Assembly: GCA_016699385.1 (NCBI GenBank)
Contig: CP064974.1
Span: 890,617 to 954,616 of the forward strand
Source of the DNA: Candidatus Moraniibacteriota bacterium
GTDB taxonomy: Bacteria; Patescibacteriota; Minisyncoccia; Moranbacterales; UBA1568
Direction: 5' to 3'
DNA length: 64,000 nucleotides
Position numbers and translations under genes: made by a program. Positions 38,094 through 49,075 of this stretch are shown here, piece by piece. The notes beneath the pieces were generated by a model. The model was not told where the DNA came from. It saw only the letters and a program-made list of their open reading frames with translations, and searched no databases. The number at the start of each line of letters is the position of its first letter. Position 1 is the stretch's first letter.

Positions 38094-38672
38094 TTATCTT
38101 AGACACTCCTCGACCAATTCCGAAAACTCCCCTGTTTTCATATCTTTGAGGCAGAAATGTCCGTAGCTGTGAAACTCTTTATAATCAATACCCTTAACCT
38201 TGTCTCGAATAATTTGAACTGATTTATGAATAGTAATATCATCATTGTCCGAATTGAATAGAGTGACACCCTCCGTACGTTCAACTAGTCCCCGGTCTAT
38301 CTCAAACTCAAAGAAATCAGCCGTGTCATAAATAGGATTATTTTCAGGATTGAGCCAAGGTGCAACCAAAACAACCTTACTAACTTTTTTATCTCTATTC
38401 TCACTCAACCAACGAATCAAAAAACCACCTCCGCAACTATGGCCAACTAAGACTGTCTCTGGCGTGATATCAAACCTTTCAAACTCTTTCTTCCAAGTAT
38501 CATAACGAGGCCTCCAAGGTTCTGGCAGCTCAATTGCTACTGCAAACACATCATTAATTTGAAGTTGCTTTGATAACCAAGGAAACCAGTGATTATTACT
38601 ATTCGTTGGACACTTTGGGTCGTAATATTCCTCTTTATCTGGTCTGCCTGGAACTAAAATCGCATTCTTCAT
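38094..38672 (-). CDS. Alpha/beta-hydrolase-fold serine hydrolase (RBBP9/YdeN-like)
   Basis: GHSCGG nucleophile elbow; 192 aa. Low-GC gene. Confidence 0.7.
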   Translation of the reverse strand: MKNAILVPGRPDKEEYYDPKCPTNSNNHWFPWLSKQLQINDVFAVAIELPEPWRPRYDTWKKEFERFDITPETVLVGHSCGGGFLIRWLSENRDKKVSKVVLVAPWLNPENNPIYDTADFFEFEIDRGLVERTEGVTLFNSDNDDITIHKSVQIIRDKVKGIDYKEFHSYGHFCLKDMKTGEFSELVEECLR

Positions 38673-38699
38673 ATTTCGAAATTCTCTCGTTATACCACG

Positions 38700-38772
38700 T
38701 GGACCGTAGGAGAATCGAACTCCTTACCTCTTCCATGCCATGGAAGCGCTCTACCAAATGAGCTAACGGCCC
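38700..38772 (-). tRNA. tRNA-Ala (anticodon GGC)
   Basis: Reverse complement GGGCCGTTAGCTCATTTGGTAGAGCGCTTCCATGGCATGGAAGAGGTAAGGAGTTCGATTCTCCTACGGTCCA. G3:U70 Ala identity pair. Anticodon loop ATGGCAT. Confidence 0.8.
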
Positions 38773-38949
38773 AAACAAACATTTTTCAGGGGATATCCAC
38801 AACTTTTCCACAGAAATCCCATGGTACATCGTAAGATATCGTATCATGTTTCCCTGCTTCGTCAAATAAATACCCAAGAAATACCATAATACTCGCACAA
38901 TCCACAATTGATCTTTATTCCACAGTGTGAAGCAAAAACAAAATTCCAT

Positions 38950-41150
38950 AGATATTGTTCCACATGTTCCACAGCACTCGAACAAAATGTCTATTTTAAA
39001 TGGGCTATCATATCCTAGCGCTTTCACGAAAAATACGCATCGAATGCTCCCCATGAAACAAAATACTACAGCACAAAAAAATGTTTCACAAGAAACATAG
39101 ATTCTTCAAGTACTCCTTCTTCAGCTCTCACAGATATCAAGAACTCATACAAAAAAATCAGAAATGCCCCACCATTAGCAGCCCTGATACACATAAGATT
39201 TGTCTCTACTTCTTCCCATAAAGCTACTTCAATCCTATACATTGTTCCACACGAAACACAATATCGATCGCTATGAAAATAACACATGTGCTTCACGTGG
39301 AACAACATCGTTATTCTCCGATGCCTAAGGAATCTATGTTCCATATGAAACACCACTCAATTCCCTTAAAAATGATTCCGAAAAATGTACAACTAAGAAT
39401 ATTCACAAGGAAAACATATCAGGAGGAAAACAACTCTCCACCGCTATTGGACTAATCAATGTTCCACGTGAAAGAAACAAATATCAAATAATGATTCCTA
39501 GACGTACAAAAGTGTGTTCCACGTGGAAAATATTATCAAGTTCATGTTCATACCGACCCTGATTGCAAAGGCACATTCAGTACTGATTATTCCTGCGATA
39601 GAAAATTATTGTTCCACATGGAAACTTACTTCCGAGACACGCGGCAACTCACACAAAAATGTGTTCCATGTGAAACATAAGAACCACCAATCCACACTGG
39701 ACCAAAAAGAACCACATGAAAGCTAAGAAGAAGATTCATAAAGAAAGCATAGAGATACACCTATAAAGAATGACGAAAAGGAAACCCTTTTCATCAAGAG
39801 ATGCCCTCACCAAAAACAACAAGAAAACGATTGTTTCACGTGGAATATATTTTCAATACATATGAGTTTCACGTGGAACAATTCCAATCATTTAAAGAAA
39901 ATAAACTTGTTGCACGTGAAACGACTAGTAAACAGCAAAGACCTGTTTTTGATACAAGTAGCCACAATTGTTCAGCCGTAAATATCACCTTCTAGGGGCG
40001 CTCGCTACTCATCCAGAAGATATCCTCCTATGCCCGCAATACCCTAAATACCATACTATTACGAAATTGTGGTAAGTGAAATGTTCCACAGAGAACATCA
40101 TGCAAAAAATAACAGAAACAGAAAGTTCCACATGGAACAATACGAAAAACAGATCGAATGAGAACATCAATAAAGAATACTCTTCATAAAGAGAGTCCTC
40201 AGAGAAAACGTAGGGGATATGCAATTTTTCTCTACTCAGAAAAAATCCGAGAAACATAAAAAATACTATTCCACATGGAACAACTCATCGATTCATTTTT
40301 CCTAGCAAACAAACGAGCGATATTTTTAGCAAAATTACCACTAATTATACAAAGGGTATCTCTTCTTAAAATTGGAGTGATTGTTCTACGTGAAACAGAT
40401 ACTCCAAGAAATTCATTAAGAAATGTTTTTTAGAAAGTAGAATGTTCCACAAAGAACATCATTCTCACAACAATCGTTCGGATGAGCGCGTTACTTTTGG
40501 TATATCTACTATGAAAAGGGCTTTCTTTGTGAAACAAAATAAGATATCTAGCATTGTTCCATGTGAAACAATTCTAGAGAGACTAAATATCAATATTGTG
40601 ACATCTAACTCGGAATCCTACCGAAATCCTAAGTGCAGCACTGAAAGAAAATCTCTGTCCGTCTAGAAGATTCACCTATTTTTTATTCCACTCTTCTTTA
40701 AAAACTCAATAGCCTTATCTAAAGACTCTGCATGTTCCATGTGGAACTTTACACTAAAATGTAAAGTGTTCCAGAAAAACTTCAAAGATATCATAGAACA
40801 AGGAGAAAACCTTTCAAAAAGCATCTTTTGCTGCAAGATTTCCAAATTTTGAGAAAAATTCTAAAAACGAGTCTACCTGTATCGCTGCGTGGAACATTGC
40901 AGACGGGAAAGACAACCAAAAAAGATATCCTGACGAAATACACATATCTTGCCTGCAAACAGGCAAGCAAATTTTGAAAATCAAAGCAAAGCATGAAGCT
41001 ATCGGACGAACTCTAAATGCCTTAGATTTCCGTTCCAACTTCAACATTTTCCAAACAATGCTTGCCCTACAAAAAAGCCTCAACATTGTTTAGACAGACT
41101 ATGAAAACGCACAAACCTTAATTAAGAGAAGCATGCGTTCCATAATCGCT
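38950..41150. repeat. Dense array of about 18 parS-like 16-bp palindromes (TGTTCCACGTGGAACA and variants) in a 2.3 kb ORF-free AT-rich region; candidate centromere / ParB-loading region
   Basis: Copies centred near 39251, 39300, 39345, 39467, 39523, 39618, 39670, 39838, 39874, 39915, 40090, 40130, 40275, 40389, 40451, 40562, 40738. At least 8 are within 0-2 mismatches of the canonical parS TGTTNCACGTGAAACA, e.g. TGTTCCACGTGAAAGA, TGTTCCATGTGAAACA (x2), TGTTCTACGTGAAACA, TGTTGCACGTGAAACG, AGTTTCACGTGGAACA. Spacing is irregular (35-176 bp). Flanked by divergent genes. Confidence 0.75.
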
Positions 41151-41390
41151 GTTGATATTCCTTTCAAACAAAAATCTATCGAAAAATATATTCGCTGTAG
41201 ATACCTTCCTCTATTTAAAGAAAAAATCAAAAAGTGGAAGAAAAGAAAATGGCGTCATTTATAAAGGGTATCGTTATTCTCGTTACAAACATTGAATTCA
41301 AGTTCAGGAAAAGCACTCGCATATGTTGCAAAAAAAATTATTTTAAAAAAAGTATGCTATACTATTAAAAGTATTTCGCTTCGAAACTTT

Positions 41391-42449
41391 ATGTCGCGTT
41401 TCTTTTCTTCTTTGATTCGCACAAAGAGGCTTCAGTTGCCTACTTTTGTATTTTTTGCACTCATTTTTACAAGCTTTGGATTCTTTTCTCTTGCTTCCGA
41501 AAACTTTTCTGGAAAAAACATTTTTCAAGATGCTGACCAGGACGGACTGACAAATGAAGAAGAACAACTATACGGTACAGACCCACAAAAAGCAGACACT
41601 GATGGAGACGGCTACAGTGATGGAGCAGAGGTGCGAAGCGGATATGACCCGCTCAAACCGTCACCAGGAGACAAAATACTCCCCCCAAAAAAACCGGCAG
41701 AAACACAGAAAACTCCCCCACAAAAAGACACAGCTACCTCGGGGACTCCCTCACAGGAAACACCCGATGTTGGAGGATCCAATGAAGACAACCTAACAAC
41801 ACAGGTTTCACAGCAGATTGCAGACATTCTCAAGAGTTCGTCCGAAGATAGCTCAGGAAAGGCAGTCTCAGTGCAAGACATGCAAGACAGTCTCCAGAGT
41901 CTCCTCAGCGAACACGGCACTGACACCGTTAAACTTCCCGAAATCGATGAGTCTGAAATAAAAATACTGAAACAAAATTACAAAGACCTCTCAGATGAGG
42001 ATCGGAAAGCAAAGATTAAGCAAGACACGCTTGAATACGTCACCAAGGTGTCCTATATCTTAGCAAGCAACTCACCAGAAATCATCACAAAACCCGAAGA
42101 CATGGAGAATATGGCAACAACGATAATGACGAGCGCCATGACTTCGATAGAAAGTGGGAATGCAACATACCTGAAAGATTTGAGCGAGAAAGGCAAAAAA
42201 GCGCTTGTTGAATTACAAGATGTTGAAGTGCCAGAAAATATGCTCGAATCACACAAAAAAGCCCTACAGCTCTTCCAGTATGCGTCATCACTCCCGGATG
42301 AACTAACATCATTTGAAACAGATCCGCTCGCGAATGTTGTTGTCCTCTCCAAAATGCAAGGCTTGCTCAGTTCTCTTTCGAGTTTTGTCAGCAATATTGA
42401 TTCAACCCTGAAAGAAATTGGGATCGAAGAGATTCCAGTCAATCTGTGA
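41391..42449 (+). CDS. Secreted protein with thrombospondin-type-3-like Ca-binding Asp-rich repeats
   Basis: Start MSRFF... with signal peptide FVFFALIFTSFGFFSLASE. DADQDGLTNEEEQ and DTDGDGYSDGAE repeats. The ORF could start at 41292. Confidence 0.6.
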   Translation: MSRFFSSLIRTKRLQLPTFVFFALIFTSFGFFSLASENFSGKNIFQDADQDGLTNEEEQLYGTDPQKADTDGDGYSDGAEVRSGYDPLKPSPGDKILPPKKPAETQKTPPQKDTATSGTPSQETPDVGGSNEDNLTTQVSQQIADILKSSSEDSSGKAVSVQDMQDSLQSLLSEHGTDTVKLPEIDESEIKILKQNYKDLSDEDRKAKIKQDTLEYVTKVSYILASNSPEIITKPEDMENMATTIMTSAMTSIESGNATYLKDLSEKGKKALVELQDVEVPENMLESHKKALQLFQYASSLPDELTSFETDPLANVVVLSKMQGLLSSLSSFVSNIDSTLKEIGIEEIPVNL

Positions 42450-43620
42450 CGAGACGTTGTTTGAAAATTTCCAAGTCAGCTCTGGTCATGATTCATTCCG
42501 TGTGAACAAAACAAAATACAAAACATCATACTTCCAATACCTCCAAAAGGGGTTGTTTGTCGTGGCGATTCTTTTCTTTGGAATTTTCTCAACCACGCCA
42601 GCTCGAGCTGGGTACTGGGGAGAGCCGACGGCGGCGAATATGATGCTCTTCAATCTCGATCAAATCGCCGATAAGATAAAAGGCGTCACTTTGAGTGTCG
42701 TTAAAAATGCTGCCATACGAACCATCAACCAACAGGTGCTTCGACTCGTAAATGGCACTGGCGGACAAGGATCACTCATTATTTCGGATTGGAGACAATT
42801 TATCTATGTTGAATCCTCAAAAAAGGCGAGCGATGTCGTATTGAATGACTTTTTTCCAAAAATGTTTAGCGGAAAGGGATCTGGTGGAAACTATGTCGCC
42901 TCTTCCGAAGGGGTAAATACGGTAAAGAATCTTTCTTCATCGGTTAATACGATTAAAAACTATCCCGAATATCTCTCGACCATCGGAAAAAACACCCTGA
43001 AAAATCTTCAAACAGACGCGACAAAATACACGCTCGACCAGGTTTGTCCAGATCCATCCGGATCACTCGCTAAGGGAGACTATCGCTGCTTTTCAGAGAT
43101 TATGAAGCCACAAAACAATCCCCGCGGAATACCACTTCTCACGGAACAGAAATATGCCGAGGAAAATGCAAAAAACCAAGCTGTCGCACAAACACAAGCA
43201 GGAATAACAGGCTACAAACCGCAAACAAATGCCCAAGGCCTTGTCGTCACGCCGCCGCAAACCATCTCAGATATCGTCTCAGCTGTTCAAACCCTTCCAG
43301 CAAAAGCCCTTGCCATTGCTCAAAACCCTTCGGAACTTATAACGGGAGTCATTCAAACATACGTAAATTCACTCATTCAACAAACACTGAGCAAAGTAGG
43401 GCTCGGACCCGTTGGAGCAAGCTTTGCGCAAAATCTTGGAGGCGAACTCTCAAGAGAGTCCGACGCTCTCATTTCAGAGAACGTTGGCGCCATGTTTAAC
43501 ACGGATGGCTCAGGCACAGACATCGTAGGACCCAACAATGTCGGTCAGCAAGCGACGAGCTCACCAGCAACCGCATCATCCGAAAACAACTGCGGCACAA
43601 ACTGCCGTATGATAAACTAG
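42418..43620 (+). CDS. Hypothetical secreted/membrane-anchored protein
   Basis: 400-aa ORF with a hydrophobic segment LFVVAILFFGIFSTTPARA about 45 aa in. The true start is probably internal or non-ATG. Overlaps the upstream gene by 32 nt. Confidence 0.5.
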   Translation: MGSKRFQSICDETLFENFQVSSGHDSFRVNKTKYKTSYFQYLQKGLFVVAILFFGIFSTTPARAGYWGEPTAANMMLFNLDQIADKIKGVTLSVVKNAAIRTINQQVLRLVNGTGGQGSLIISDWRQFIYVESSKKASDVVLNDFFPKMFSGKGSGGNYVASSEGVNTVKNLSSSVNTIKNYPEYLSTIGKNTLKNLQTDATKYTLDQVCPDPSGSLAKGDYRCFSEIMKPQNNPRGIPLLTEQKYAEENAKNQAVAQTQAGITGYKPQTNAQGLVVTPPQTISDIVSAVQTLPAKALAIAQNPSELITGVIQTYVNSLIQQTLSKVGLGPVGASFAQNLGGELSRESDALISENVGAMFNTDGSGTDIVGPNNVGQQATSSPATASSENNCGTNCRMIN

Positions 43621-43886
43621 TACCACAACCACTCTATCGAACGAAAAACTTCCTAACGTAAGGGAAGTTTTTTCATATATACAAAGGGTTGACCCTATTC
43701 ACGAATAAATAACCTAAAAATATCCTCTCTGTGTATGCGTGTGGAGACACAGGGGAAGCAATTATTTCCAATTCTCTGTTTCGCAGAGACAAACTCCCTC
43801 ATGATGATATAAAAAGAGCCCATATTACTACGAAAAAATCCCAGCAATAGAATATTGTTGGGACAAAAAAGGGATATTTCCTTTTG

Positions 43887-43960
43887 TGGGTCTGTCCAGA
43901 CTCGAACTGGAGACCTCTACAATGTCAATGTAGCGCTCTAACCAACTGAGCTACAGACCC
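43887..43960 (-). tRNA. tRNA-Val (anticodon GAC)
   Basis: Reverse complement GGGTCTGTAGCTCAGTTGGTTAGAGCGCTACATTGACATTGTAGAGGTCTCCAGTTCGAGTCTGGACAGACCCA. Anticodon loop TTGACAT. Confidence 0.85.
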
Positions 43961-43976
43961 CACAGATACCTCGCAT

Positions 43977-44975
43977 CTACGCCTTATCCAGGCTCACAGC
44001 ACTTTCTTGTTGTAGCATGGTTTCTGATTTTTGCAAAACAGGCTCTGGATCCTTTGGGAGGGCAATCATGCGAAAAAATGAGGTCCATGATGTCCACGTC
44101 CACGCTTCGAGTAAAGAAAGTACTCCGAGCATGCCTATCCACTCGACAATCGTCCCATATACAAGAACTGCCGGAGAAACATTTGTTTCGAAGAAATTCC
44201 ATACAAGGGAAAAGCTCATTGAAAAAAATGAAAGGGTAAGAAATTCTATACAAAATAGCGCAACAGTCAAAAGAAATGTCTCTCGCATATGAAGACGAAA
44301 AAGTCGGGAAGCGTTTTCGAGAGCTGATCGTACAGAAATTTTCGAAAGAGAGAGATAGAGAGCAGCGTATTGACGAAGAAAGAACAGTAAAAGGGAGATA
44401 GAGAGAAGGAGTCCAAGCGCCGAATAGGACAATGCGCGCGAAAGACTCGCGAGTCCGCGGGAAAGCGCTATGTCTGCCGGTACCGAAAGAATACTCCCAA
44501 CAATCACAACAAATGCAATAAGAAGGATTTCAAGTATCACGAGATTCTTCGTCTGATGTCGCACGACTCTTCGAAGAGCAGAGAAGGAAGGGGTTTCGCC
44601 GCTTTCATGCCGATTCATCAAAAATACGAGTGCAACAATGCCGAATGAACTTACGATAAGTGCTATGCCTGCAAGAAGCAGAAAAAGTATCACTCCCCAA
44701 GGAAAGAGAACTCCTCCCTTGCTTTGCAGCCACGAAAACATATCTCCAAACTCCGCACCGCCCAATACAAAAAACTGTATCAGTCCTTTCGGTATGGCAA
44801 TAGCGGCGCCAAAGACGGCAAATACCGGACTGGAAAATACCGCTCGGAAGCCATTCTTGAGTGGAACACGAATATCTATACGCTTGTTCATAACACGATA
44901 AAAATATTCCTCTGAATTTTCCTTCAGAAATAAAGAACTTGCGAGAATCAAGCCTTCAAGAACACGGGCGATCAA
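43977..44975 (-). CDS. Hypothetical polytopic membrane protein
   Basis: Multiple TM helices. Possible start MNKRIDIRV at 44891. Confidence 0.55.
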   Translation of the reverse strand: MIARVLEGLILASSLFLKENSEEYFYRVMNKRIDIRVPLKNGFRAVFSSPVFAVFGAAIAIPKGLIQFFVLGGAEFGDMFSWLQSKGGVLFPWGVILFLLLAGIALIVSSFGIVALVFLMNRHESGETPSFSALRRVVRHQTKNLVILEILLIAFVVIVGSILSVPADIALSRGLASLSRALSYSALGLLLSISLLLFFLRQYAALYLSLSKISVRSALENASRLFRLHMRETFLLTVALFCIEFLTLSFFSMSFSLVWNFFETNVSPAVLVYGTIVEWIGMLGVLSLLEAWTWTSWTSFFRMIALPKDPEPVLQKSETMLQQESAVSLDKA

Positions 44976-45013
44976 CGAAACCTCGCAGCTATAAAGCAGT
45001 CAGCCAAGTCTTT

Positions 45014-46888
45014 CTATTTCTTCACTCCCTCTTCCTGAGGAGATGCCGACACTATCGCTTCTCCGCGAACCAGGGCAGCGAATTCATCTTTCTCGAGAGT
45101 TTCCTTTTCGAGGAGTGTCCTGGCAATACGATTCAATGTATCGCGCTTTTCGGTCAGAATATTCGTCGCCTGTGCAAAGGCGTCACCAACCAATCGAGAA
45201 ACTTCAGCATCAATCGCCTCGGCGGTTTTCTCCGAATAATTGCGTTCTTCATGCATTTCGCGACCCAGAAATATCATCTCATCCTTCTTGCCAAATGTGC
45301 GCGGACCAAGGGTGCTCATACCGAAGCGCGTCACAATATTGCGCGCCATTTGCGTTGCACGTTCAAGATCACTTGATGGACCAGTCGTCACATCACCAAA
45401 AACCAGCTTTTCACTTGCATAACCACCAAGAAATGTCGCCAGTTCATCTCTGAAGTGACTAAATGACTGGAGCGTCTTGTCTTCGGTCGGGACAGCAAGT
45501 GTATACCCACCCGCATGTCCGCGAGAAATAATGGAAACTTTGTGGACAGGATCAGCGTGAGGGAGGCTCGCCGCAACCAAAGCATGTCCGCCTTCATGAT
45601 ACGCGATGATTTCTTTTTCCTTTGGATTGATGGCGCGACTCCGTCGTTCAGGTCCCAAAATTACCTTTTCAATCGATTCGGCAAGCTCTACAGCTCCGAT
45701 TTCCTTCTTGTCCCGCCTCGCGGAGAGAATAGCCGCTTCGTTTACAAGATTGGAGAGGTCAGCACCAGAAAAGCCGGGGGTACGCTCAGCGATAGTACGC
45801 AGGCGAACTTTTTCTTCCACTGGCTTGTTTTTGACGTGAATATCGAGTATCGCTTCACGCTCATTAATGTCCGGGAGGTCCATCATAACCCGACGATCAA
45901 AGCGACCTGGACGAAGGAGCGCTGGATCAAGGACATCCGGGCGATTGGTTGAGGCAATGACAATAACATTTGTTTCTGTTTCAAAGCCATCCATCTCAAC
46001 GAGAATCTGATTGAGCGTCTGCTCACGCTCATCATGTCCGCCACCCAAACCAGCACCGCGATGTCGACCAACCGCGTCTATCTCATCGATAAACACGATG
46101 GCTGGCGCGTTCTTCTTCGCCTGTTTGAAAAGATCACGGACACGACTTGCTCCTACACCAACAAACATCTCCACAAATTCCGAGCCGCTAATATTGAAGA
46201 AGGGAACTTTTGCCTCGCCAGCAACCGCTTTTGCCATCAAGGTCTTCCCAGTTCCGGGAGAACCCAGAAGAAGCACCCCTTTCGGAATACGTGCCCCAAT
46301 TGCGAGAAATTTCTTAGGATGCTTCAAAAATTCAACGACTTCCTGAAGCTCATTCTTTGCCTCTACCGCGCCAGCAACATCAGCAAAGGTGACGCGTTTT
46401 TTCTTGTTCTTGGGATCGAGCATACGCGCACGGCTCATGCCAAAAGAAAGCGCTTGAGCATTGCCCCGCTGTGCCTGCTTCATCATAAACCAAATAAAAC
46501 CAGCGATCAGGAAAAATGGCAAAAGAAAAGGAAGGATGGCGCCAAGCCACAGCGTCGCACCCGAATCCTCCTTAACGGTTATCTTCACGTCTTTCAATTT
46601 GTCTGTATCAACGCCATAATTGCGAAGCGTTTCCGTGAGCGATCCTTCGGTCTCTTTGGTCGCCTTTTGTTTATCGCCGCCTTTGAGCTCTATAGCAAGA
46701 GAATTCCCACTCACGTCTACCGTAGATACTTTTGCATCGTTTATTTCGGATACCAGCTCGTTGAGGGAAATGTCTGCGGGACGCCCCTTGGGAGACTGAT
46801 AGAGAATAATAATGCCGGAAACAAAAAGGAAAGTAATAACAATAGCACCGATATTTTTGAAAAGCTTGTTCATGAACGTAGATTGCAC
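45014..46888 (-). CDS. ftsH: ATP-dependent zinc metalloprotease FtsH
   Basis: Two N-terminal TM helices, AAA Walker [12 protein letters not shown] region and Zn motif HEGGHAL; 624 aa. Confidence 0.95.
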   Translation of the reverse strand: MQSTFMNKLFKNIGAIVITFLFVSGIIILYQSPKGRPADISLNELVSEINDAKVSTVDVSGNSLAIELKGGDKQKATKETEGSLTETLRNYGVDTDKLKDVKITVKEDSGATLWLGAILPFLLPFFLIAGFIWFMMKQAQRGNAQALSFGMSRARMLDPKNKKKRVTFADVAGAVEAKNELQEVVEFLKHPKKFLAIGARIPKGVLLLGSPGTGKTLMAKAVAGEAKVPFFNISGSEFVEMFVGVGASRVRDLFKQAKKNAPAIVFIDEIDAVGRHRGAGLGGGHDEREQTLNQILVEMDGFETETNVIVIASTNRPDVLDPALLRPGRFDRRVMMDLPDINEREAILDIHVKNKPVEEKVRLRTIAERTPGFSGADLSNLVNEAAILSARRDKKEIGAVELAESIEKVILGPERRSRAINPKEKEIIAYHEGGHALVAASLPHADPVHKVSIISRGHAGGYTLAVPTEDKTLQSFSHFRDELATFLGGYASEKLVFGDVTTGPSSDLERATQMARNIVTRFGMSTLGPRTFGKKDEMIFLGREMHEERNYSEKTAEAIDAEVSRLVGDAFAQATNILTEKRDTLNRIARTLLEKETLEKDEFAALVRGEAIVSASPQEEGVKK

Positions 46889-46983
46889 GAATTATTATTT
46901 CGGACACACTTAATTGCGTGCCACTCAAGGAAAACACCCTTAGCAACGGGGTATTTGGCAAAGAAACTTTGCACACACCTGTC

Positions 46984-48030
46984 CTACTTTTTCTCAAGAA
47001 GTACAGACACCTTAGCACCTCTTCGAGTGAATTTCAAGCCGTGAAAGGACTTTTCCGCCATTTTGTTCTTCGTACTTGCGATGAATTTCCGAATTTCTTC
47101 AATCACTGAAAAAGAAGGGGGAAACTCACATACACCACTAACTTCCTCGATAAATGCTCGCAGAAACGCCCTTTGGGATGCAATGGAAAGCATTCCAAAA
47201 GCCGATGCATCGAGAACAAAGGCTCTGTTTTCATCATTCTTTTGAAGAACTCCTGATTGATTGAGACTCGTTGTGAGCACATCCGCATCATCCGCAAGTG
47301 ACAGTGCTGATCGGGCAAGTGTCGATCGAATATTTGGATTGAAAGTTTCAAGGAGAGGCAGAAGTTCGTGCCGAATACGATTGCGAGTGAAACGCGAATC
47401 AGTATTGCTTTGATCGATGCGAAAGGGAAGGGACTTTTCTTCAAGATAGCGGAGAATATCTGATTTTGTCACAAAAAGAAACGGCCGAATAACAACACCT
47501 TCTCGAAAACGCATCGCTCCCAGACCACGAAGCCCTGCACCACGAAGAAGCCTTAGGAGCACCGTCTCCGCTTGATCATCTTGCGTGTGCGCGACGGCAA
47601 TAGCGTCAAAACCAAGCTGTATCCGAAGTGTTTCAAAAAATTCATACCGAATCGTTCGCAGACGTGCTTCAAGATTACTCGTATCGCTCGAAACTTCTGG
47701 ATGAAGCACAGTAAGTGGGATGCCGTAAAAATCAGCACGTTCTCGAACAAGCTTTTCATCTGCATCGGATTCTTCACCACGAAGCGAATAATTCACATGA
47801 GCAATATGAAGCCTCCACTCGTATTTCTTTCCGAGAAGAACCAAGCAATCGAGCAAGCACATACTGTCCGGACCGCCAGACACAGCAACCACAAAAGCGT
47901 CTCTGCGTTTCCAGAGCGCGAAGTGATGAGCTGTATTCTGAATATTTTTCAAAAAAGACGACATTTCAAACATGCTTCTGGATGATGTCAAGGGTTTGCT
48001 GGACAGCATCATCGAGTCGTCCTTCTCCAT
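46984..48030 (-). CDS. tilS: tRNA(Ile)-lysidine synthetase
   Basis: PP-loop VAVSGGPDSMCLL. The true start is probably internal (e.g. MFEMSS at 47973), which would remove the overlap with gmk. Confidence 0.8.
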   Translation of the reverse strand: MEKDDSMMLSSKPLTSSRSMFEMSSFLKNIQNTAHHFALWKRRDAFVVAVSGGPDSMCLLDCLVLLGKKYEWRLHIAHVNYSLRGEESDADEKLVRERADFYGIPLTVLHPEVSSDTSNLEARLRTIRYEFFETLRIQLGFDAIAVAHTQDDQAETVLLRLLRGAGLRGLGAMRFREGVVIRPFLFVTKSDILRYLEEKSLPFRIDQSNTDSRFTRNRIRHELLPLLETFNPNIRSTLARSALSLADDADVLTTSLNQSGVLQKNDENRAFVLDASAFGMLSIASQRAFLRAFIEEVSGVCEFPPSFSVIEEIRKFIASTKNKMAEKSFHGLKFTRRGAKVSVLLEKK

Positions 48031-48529
48031 TCACGACTGTGTAGTCGTAAATATCGGTATGCCGGAGCCACTCGCGCGTATAGTCCATGCGCTCGGCAAT
48101 ATAGGCATCGGTCACATGTGGATCACGGCGACGAATACGCGCCTCGAGAATATCGAGCGATGGCACCGTGACAAAAATAGCGACAATATCAGGAAAGAGC
48201 TTCTTGGCAGCGATGACGCCTTTCCATTCTATCTTCCAAATACCAATCTTGCCGGAATTCCGCACGCGTTCAATTTCGTCAAAGGTGACGCCGTAGAGAT
48301 TGCCATTGTATTGGCGCGTGTATTCGAGAAATCTCTGCTCCCGAATACCCGCTTCAAACGCGTCTTCGGAAAGAAAATAGTAGGGATTTCCCTCGGATTC
48401 ACCCGCTCGAGGAGCACGCGCCGTCGTCGTAATAACACGCTCAATGGAAAGCTTGATTTCCAATCGAGAAATAATAGAATCTTCCCCAGCGCCGGACGGC
48501 CCGGAAACAATAAAAAGTTTCGATTTCAT
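47966..48529 (-). CDS. gmk: Guanylate kinase
   Basis: Start MKSKLF. P-loop SGPSGAGE(D) variant. Typical gmk length and fold pattern. Confidence 0.75.
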   Translation of the reverse strand: MKSKLFIVSGPSGAGEDSIISRLEIKLSIERVITTTARAPRAGESEGNPYYFLSEDAFEAGIREQRFLEYTRQYNGNLYGVTFDEIERVRNSGKIGIWKIEWKGVIAAKKLFPDIVAIFVTVPSLDILEARIRRRDPHVTDAYIAERMDYTREWLRHTDIYDYTVVNGEGRLDDAVQQTLDIIQKHV

Positions 48530-48925
48530 ACCCACAGACTAGCGCGATTCCCCCAGAGAATCAAGGATTGAAGATAAAAAAACTCCTCCTCGAAGAGCTC
48601 TTGTTAAGAGATTCAAGAAGGAGGGTTGACCCACGCTTTCTGCGAGCAAAGCTAGCATTTTTCGCTCGCTATCGCAGACGGTGAGTACGGTTTTTGAACA
48701 TCCGCTAAGCTTTCCTTAATCCTTCCGTGGGCTTTCCATAGAGGAGAAAACTTGCGGGTCGTATGCTCACCGCTTCGCGCAATGGAGGACTTTCCCCCAA
48801 TGAAGCGGCAAGCAGAGTTGCGCCAAGTCTCGTGCGGAAGGTTATATCCGCGCCGGCGAGAACAATGCGCAACTCAATTTGGCTGCTGACTAGCGGCTAG
48901 GAGATGCCTAGCATTGCGGTAGTTG

Positions 48926-49075
48926 CTAGCTCGCCGCCGAACCGAGGCCGACCAGGCCGGAGGAGATAATCGAACCCACATTCTTCATTGCCACACTGGG
49001 CTTGGGCCGACACTTGGCACCGGCACCGATGGTCACCTTCGAAAAGATCTCGTTATTCATGTACTTCTTCTTCAT
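48926..49075 (-). CDS. Small peptide (49 aa), function unknown
   Basis: MKKKYMNNEIFSKVTIGAGAKCRPKPSVAMKNVGSIISSGLVGLGSAAS. Strong AAGGAGGG RBS 6 nt upstream of the ATG. Confidence 0.55.
   Translation of the reverse strand: MKKKYMNNEIFSKVTIGAGAKCRPKPSVAMKNVGSIISSGLVGLGSAAS

Noticed and set aside
38950-41150. CRISPR array interpretation of the palindromic repeats
   Set aside because: Repeat spacing is irregular (35-176 bp). The repeats are short 16-bp palindromes whose sequence drifts between copies rather than staying identical as in direct repeats of 24-48 bp. No cas genes are nearby.
38950-41150. Canonical oriC DnaA-box cluster
   Set aside because: No perfect TTATCCACA boxes were found, only 7/9 matches that are sub-strings of the parS palindrome. 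dnaA and dnaN are not in the window. The location of the origin is left as a hypothesis, not a call.
48560-48925. RNase P RNA or tmRNA in the structured GC-rich segment
   Set aside because: Only a partial GGAAAGTCC-like block is present. The conserved P4 and CR-V strings (AGGAAAGTCCGGGCTCC, ACAGAANCCGGCTTA) and a tRNA-like 3' end are absent by eye.
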